Shown here piece after piece: positions 8,807-12,924 of a DNA stretch of 12,924 nucleotides (position 1 is its first letter; each line of letters begins with the position of its first letter). Made by a program: the position numbers and the translations under genes. Source of the DNA: Octopus sinensis (Eukaryota); assembly GCF_006345805.1 (NCBI RefSeq), contig NW_021826321.1, positions 1 through 12,924 on the forward strand, in the 5' to 3' direction. The notes below the pieces were generated by a model that ran no database searches, was not told the origin of the DNA, and saw only the letters and a list, made by a program, of their open reading frames with translations.

Positions 8807-9238
8807 TCCCGTCTGCTTTTAATCTTTTTGATGTCTTCCTCCGAGGAAAGAACTCGTTTCTAACAAAGCTACAAGGCTCCATCGCTGGAATGTATTATAA
8901 CGAAATTAATGTCGCGTTTTGGACTTGAACAAAAATCTTGCATATTCCACTTACAGACTATACATTTGTTATGTGTGTGTTAGCTGGCTGGTTTCTTTTT
9001 CTGAGAAGCCTAGCGTTTTCAGCTTGTTACTTAGGCATTTACTCACAAAACCGAATGCATAAATTATTATTGGGTATTAGTATAAATGTGAATTTATAAT
9101 CTGGCTGTAGAAGCTGAAGGTTTCAATGAAGTTGTCTGTCGCTTTCCTCTTTCTCTTCGATTTTCCAAGAGATATTCGCATCAACTGGTCTTCTATGTGG
9201 TACATACTTTTTCTTGTCTGTCGCCAAACAAATATATC

Positions 9239-9771
9239 TGTGAAGGCGTGAAGGCGCCTAGCTTAATTATTTCTTTATTGCCCACAAGGGGCTAAATATA
9301 GACGGGACAAACAAGGACAGACAAACGGATTAAAGTCGATTACACCGACCCCAGTGCGTAACTGGTACTTATTTAATCGACCCCGAAAGGATGAAAGGCA
9401 AAGTCGACCTCGGCGGAATTAGAACTCAGAACGTCGCGGCAGACGAAATACCGCTAAGCATTTCGCCCAGCGTGCTAACGATTCTGCCAACTCACCGCAT
9501 TAATGGTTAGGGCATTCGGCTCCCGATCGTAAGGTCGTGGGTTCAATTCCCGGCGACGCGTCGTGTCCTTGAGCAAGACACTTTATTTCACGTTGCTCCA
9601 ACCCACTCAGCAGGAAAAAAGGAATAATACCTGTATTTCAAAGGGCCGGCCTTGTCACACTTGATGTCACATTGAATCTCCATGAGAACTACGTTAAGGG
9701 TACATGTGTCTGTGGAGTGCTCAGCCACTTGCACGTTAATTTCACGAGCAAGCTGTTCCGTTGATCGTATC
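9239..9771 (+). mobile_element. tRNA-derived SINE (family H, tail D), split in its A-box by a family M insertion and 3'-truncated
   Basis: Removing 9268-9504 restores gaaggcgccTAGCTTAATGGttagggcattcggc...gggttcaattcc (A and B boxes) and the core gtgtccttgagcaagacacttt. Its tail (9628-9771) matches 10347-10491. Confidence 0.88.
9268..9499 (-). mobile_element. Full-length SINE family M with a 5-bp TTAAT target-site duplication
   Basis: Reverse complement gcggtgagttggcagaatcgttagcacg...gaggtcgactttgcctttcatcctttcggggtcgattaaataagtaccag...caataaagaaata. TTAAT occurs at 9263-9267 and 9500-9504. Confidence 0.93.
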
Positions 9772-9918
9772 TGGTCTGTTATGTTTGCATTCAGCAGGGT
9801 TTAATGGGAAAGTTCCATCAAAATTCCTTATGTTGACGTTTATGCATGTATTCTAAAACGGGTAGATTCTCTGTATTTTTCCCAGAAGAGGCTTATTTTC
9901 GGGTAGTATTGGATATGG

Positions 9919-10134
9919 GGTTCAAAGCTAGGTACAAGTTCAGTAGTTTTGGGGAGGGGCCAAGTCGACCAAGTCGATTAACTCCACCCCAGTACTCAAC
10001 TGCTACTGATTTTATTGCCCCCACCCCCACCAAGAATAAAAAAAAGGATTAAAAGGCAAAGTCAACCTCGGCAAAATTTGAACTCAGAACGTAGAGGCGG
10101 ACGAAATGCCTCTAAACATCTTGCCTGCCGTTCT
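9919..10134 (-). mobile_element. Older family M-type SINE with an alternative tail
   Basis: Reverse complement tagaacggcagg...cgttctgagttcaaattttgccgaggttgactttgcc...gtactggggt...atcgac matches family M. It continues with cccctccccaaaactactgaacttgtacc instead of the atccgtttgtctgtcc tail. Confidence 0.75.
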
Positions 10135-10147
10135 ATAGATTCAAATT

Positions 10148-10529
10148 GTGGAGGCGCAATGGCCCAGTGGTTAGGGCAGCGGACTCGCGGTCGTAGGATC
10201 GCGATTTCGATTCCTAGACCGGGCGTTGTGAGTGTTTATTGAGCGAAAACATCTAAAGCTCCACGAGGCTCCGGCAGGGAATGGTGGTGATCCCTGCTGT
10301 ACTTTTTCACCACAACTTTCTCTCATCTTACTTCCTGTTTCTGTTGTACCTGTATTTCAAAGGGCCGGTCTTGTCACTCTCTGTGTCACGCTGAATATCC
10401 CCGAGAACTACGTTAAGGGTACACGTGTCTGTGGAGTGCTCAGCCACTTACACGTTAATTTCGCGAGCAGGCTGTTCCGTTGATCGGATCAACCGGAACC
10501 CTCATCGTCGTAACCGACGGAGTGCTTCC
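10148..10529 (+). mobile_element. Full-length SINE family R, tail type D, with a perfect 11-bp target-site duplication
   Basis: Family R head and body at 10148-10328; tail tacctgtatttcaaagggcc...gtaaccgacggagtgcttcc. agattcaaatt occurs at 10137-10147 and 10530-10540. Confidence 0.95.
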
Positions 10530-10753
10530 AGATTCAAATTCCATTACTATGTCAGCAGAGAAGTGTTATTAACAACAGCTCTTTTTGGCATTGTAAACAG
10601 TGTAAACTTTTGCAGCGTAGGTCTTCGGGTCAGCAACGAAGGAATTATTATACTGGTGTATCTATCAGTTTCGGACACTGACTTGCAGCCATTAGCTTTT
10701 TTTGTAACAGAAATAATAACGGATTTAGTACCAGAATAAACAAAATTACAGAA

Positions 10754-11177
10754 ACTCTTTACTCTTTACTCTTTTTACTTGTTTCAGTCATTTGACTGCG
10801 GCCATGCTGGAGCACCGTCTTTAGTTGAGCAAATCGACCCGGGGGGGACTATTCTTTTTAAGCCCAGTACTTATTCATCGGCTCTTTTTGCCGAACCGTT
10901 ATGTGACGGGGACGTAAAAACACACCAAATCGGTTGTCAAGCAATGCTAGGGGGCAAAAACACACACCACACAAACACACACACATACACATATATACAT
11001 ATATACATATATACGACAGGCTTCTTTCAGTTTCCGTCTACCAAATCAACTCACAAGGCATTGGTCGGCCCGAGGCTATAGCAGAAGACACTTGCCCAAG
11101 ATGCCACGCAGTGGGACTGAACCCGGAACCATGTGGTTGGTTAGCAAGCTACTTACCACACAGCCACTCCTGTGCCT
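10754..11177 (-). mobile_element. Full-length young SINE (family K)
   Basis: Near-identical head to 5082-5503; same core, internal microsatellite and aaagagt-repeat tail. Confidence 0.95.
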
Positions 11178-11405
11178 ATCACTTTGGAACATTCCTCTTG
11201 AAATAATTCAACTTCAGAGACAGTTATTCCGCTTTCATTTGTAAGTATGAGGATCCCTGCCCAGGTCTCACAGTGAGACTCTCTGGCAGCGACGAAAGTA
11301 CTTTTGTTAAGTGAGGAGATCCAGAAGCAACGGGGAAGCAATAAAGGTGAATGCTTTCTGATAACTGAGCCTTATTTTGACAAGGTTTCTTCGGTGTTTT
11401 CTTAC

Positions 11406-11411
11406 TGTATG

Positions 11412-11445
<34 letters not shown>

Positions 11446-11471
11446 TGTATGTATGTATGTATGTATGTATC

Positions 11472-11518
<47 letters not shown>

Positions 11519-11775
11519 GTATGTCTGCCTGTCTATCTACCTAGCCGTCTGTCTATCTATTTATCTACCTATTTCTCTATCTATCTATGTATTTATCTAC
11601 CTGTCTATCTATCTATCTGTCTGTCTCTCTGTCCGTCCGTCCGGCCGTCTGTTTGTCTGTCTGTCTATCTATCTATCTGTCTAGCTATCTATTTATCTAT
11701 CTATCTGTCTGCCTGTCTGTCTGTTCGTCCGTCTGTCTGTTTGTCAATCTATCTGTCTCTCTGCCCGTCCGTCTA

Positions 11776-11849
<74 letters not shown>

Positions 11850-11935
11850 AATCTATCTATATGCCTGTCTGTCAGTCTCTGTCTGTCTCTGTCCGTCTGT
11901 CTCTCTATCTATCTTCTCTCTGTCCGTCTATCTAC

Positions 11936-11975
<40 letters not shown>

Positions 11976-12076
11976 ATCTCTCTATCTATCTATCTCTCTA
12001 TCTATCTATCTGTCCGTCTGTCTTTCTATCTATCTGTGTATCAACGTCCATATGTATATGTGTGTGTGCATATGTG
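11406..12076. repeat. ~670-bp compound microsatellite: TATG, TATC, TGTC/CGTC, TC, then TG
   Basis: Read directly from the sequence. Confidence 0.95.
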
Positions 12077-12728
12077 TTCGCATGTCTTTAATTATAATCG
12101 TATGCGTGCGCATATATTTAAATGAACAACGGAAAACAATGTCAGCCATATTTCAAAATACTCATTTATATGGCTTCTTCAATAACTCATAACAATTATA
12201 TTAATAACTGTAATTATAGGCAAACACGAATCACATTAGCAGGGATTTTTGATATATGAATTCAAAATTCATACTGGTTGTTTTACAGGATGAAAATTGA
12301 AGGGAAGCACAACGAAAATAAATGAAAGATTATGAAGAAGAAAGAAGGCAATGAAAAATAAAACGAAGGCATATTACAATAAAGAAAGAAAAAATGGCAG
12401 AAATGAAATATAAAACTAAAAAGTATTATAAGGAAATGAAGAATTAAAGAGTCCGAACAGAGATACTGTACTTAAAGGATTACGAATATTAAAATAACGG
12501 TCATCCGTCTTGATAACATTTCTGTCGATTATTCACGCGACGGCATTACAGCGATGCTTGTGGGTTTTAACAATCATAAATATTAAATTTAGTGAAGCCG
12601 TAAAGAAGATAGGGACCTTTTACAAGACATCACAGAACTATAGTATAGATCTACAATTATAGACATCCGCAGGCGTATCAACACAGCTACATACATACAA
12701 GGCAAAATTCATCATCATCATCACCGCC

Positions 12729-12782
<54 letters not shown>
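12729..12782. repeat. (TA)n(TG)n microsatellite
   Basis: Read directly from the sequence. Confidence 0.95.
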
Positions 12783-12844
12783 TTTCGTAATGTTTATTTG
12801 CCAACATAACGTGGCAGTCCTGCACAGGACTATGTACTACCTTA

Positions 12845-12888
12845 TTAACCACAGGGGACTCTATACATGTATAGTTTCCTGGGGTTAA
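12845..12888. other. 44-bp imperfect palindrome bounded by TTAA (piggyBac-like mini-remnant)
   Basis: TTAA|ccacaggggact-ctatacatgtatag-ttt-cctgggg|TTAA; perfect 14-bp central palindrome (12861-12874); CC...GG termini. Confidence 0.35.
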
Positions 12889-12890
12889 AG

Positions 12891-12924
12891 AGACACTTGC
12901 CCAAGATGCCACGCAGTGGGACTG
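12891..12924 (-). mobile_element. Family K SINE fragment (3'-truncated; head runs off the window)
   Basis: agacacttgcccaagatgccacgcagtgggactg is identical to the corresponding segments of the copies at 5082 and 10754. Confidence 0.9.

Noticed and set aside
10148-10225. tRNA-like heads here and at 650-724, 3490-3564, 3885-3962 and 9250-9556 as tRNA genes
   Set aside because: They have A and B boxes but no complete cloverleaf or acceptor stem, and they continue into SINE bodies.
10541-10753. Minus-strand frame containing DRYTSIIIP (GPCR DRY-like) and a hydrophobic plus-strand frame
   Set aside because: Residues preceding DRY are polar, not a TM3 helix. There are no usable splice sites, and the order relative to the TM2-like motif at 6705 is wrong for one gene.
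11178-11405. Open frames and a strong plus-strand GTAAGT donor in unique DNA
   Set aside because: No recognisable protein motif and no convincing acceptor-donor pair.
12799-12830. Adjacent small hairpins (tgcca...tggca; gtcctg-ca-caggac) as a Helitron 3' end
   Set aside because: No CTRR terminus at the expected distance, and the stems are short enough to occur by chance.

Overview
Repeat-dominated, AT-rich animal non-coding DNA. The SINE families and microsatellite load suggest a coleoid cephalopod such as octopus; this is inferred from memory, not from a database search. No intact protein-coding gene is supported, and nearly all long ORFs in the track are translations of microsatellites or SINEs. 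The window holds about 16 SINE or SINE-like copies in four tRNA-headed families, which I label R, K, M and H. It also holds a decayed RTE-clade reverse-transcriptase fragment (2110-2852, minus), several TIR or hairpin mini-elements and many simple repeats. Main observations: (1) one SINE head and body carries three unrelated 3' tail types (plus a variant and a tail-less copy) that switch at the same point just after a conserved hairpin, and one tail is shared with a different head; (2) a head-to-tail 185-bp SINE concatemer has a self-complementary junction, GAAATA|GG|TATTTC; (3) three SINEs have target-site duplications, and two are clearly inserted inside other SINEs; (4) a nested inverted structure of about 700 bp (SINE<-(CA)n-MITE-(TG)n->SINE); (5) a Penelope-type hammerhead-ribozyme-like motif; (6) a candidate minus-strand promoter and first exon (two CCAAT boxes plus YY1/Kozak ATG).
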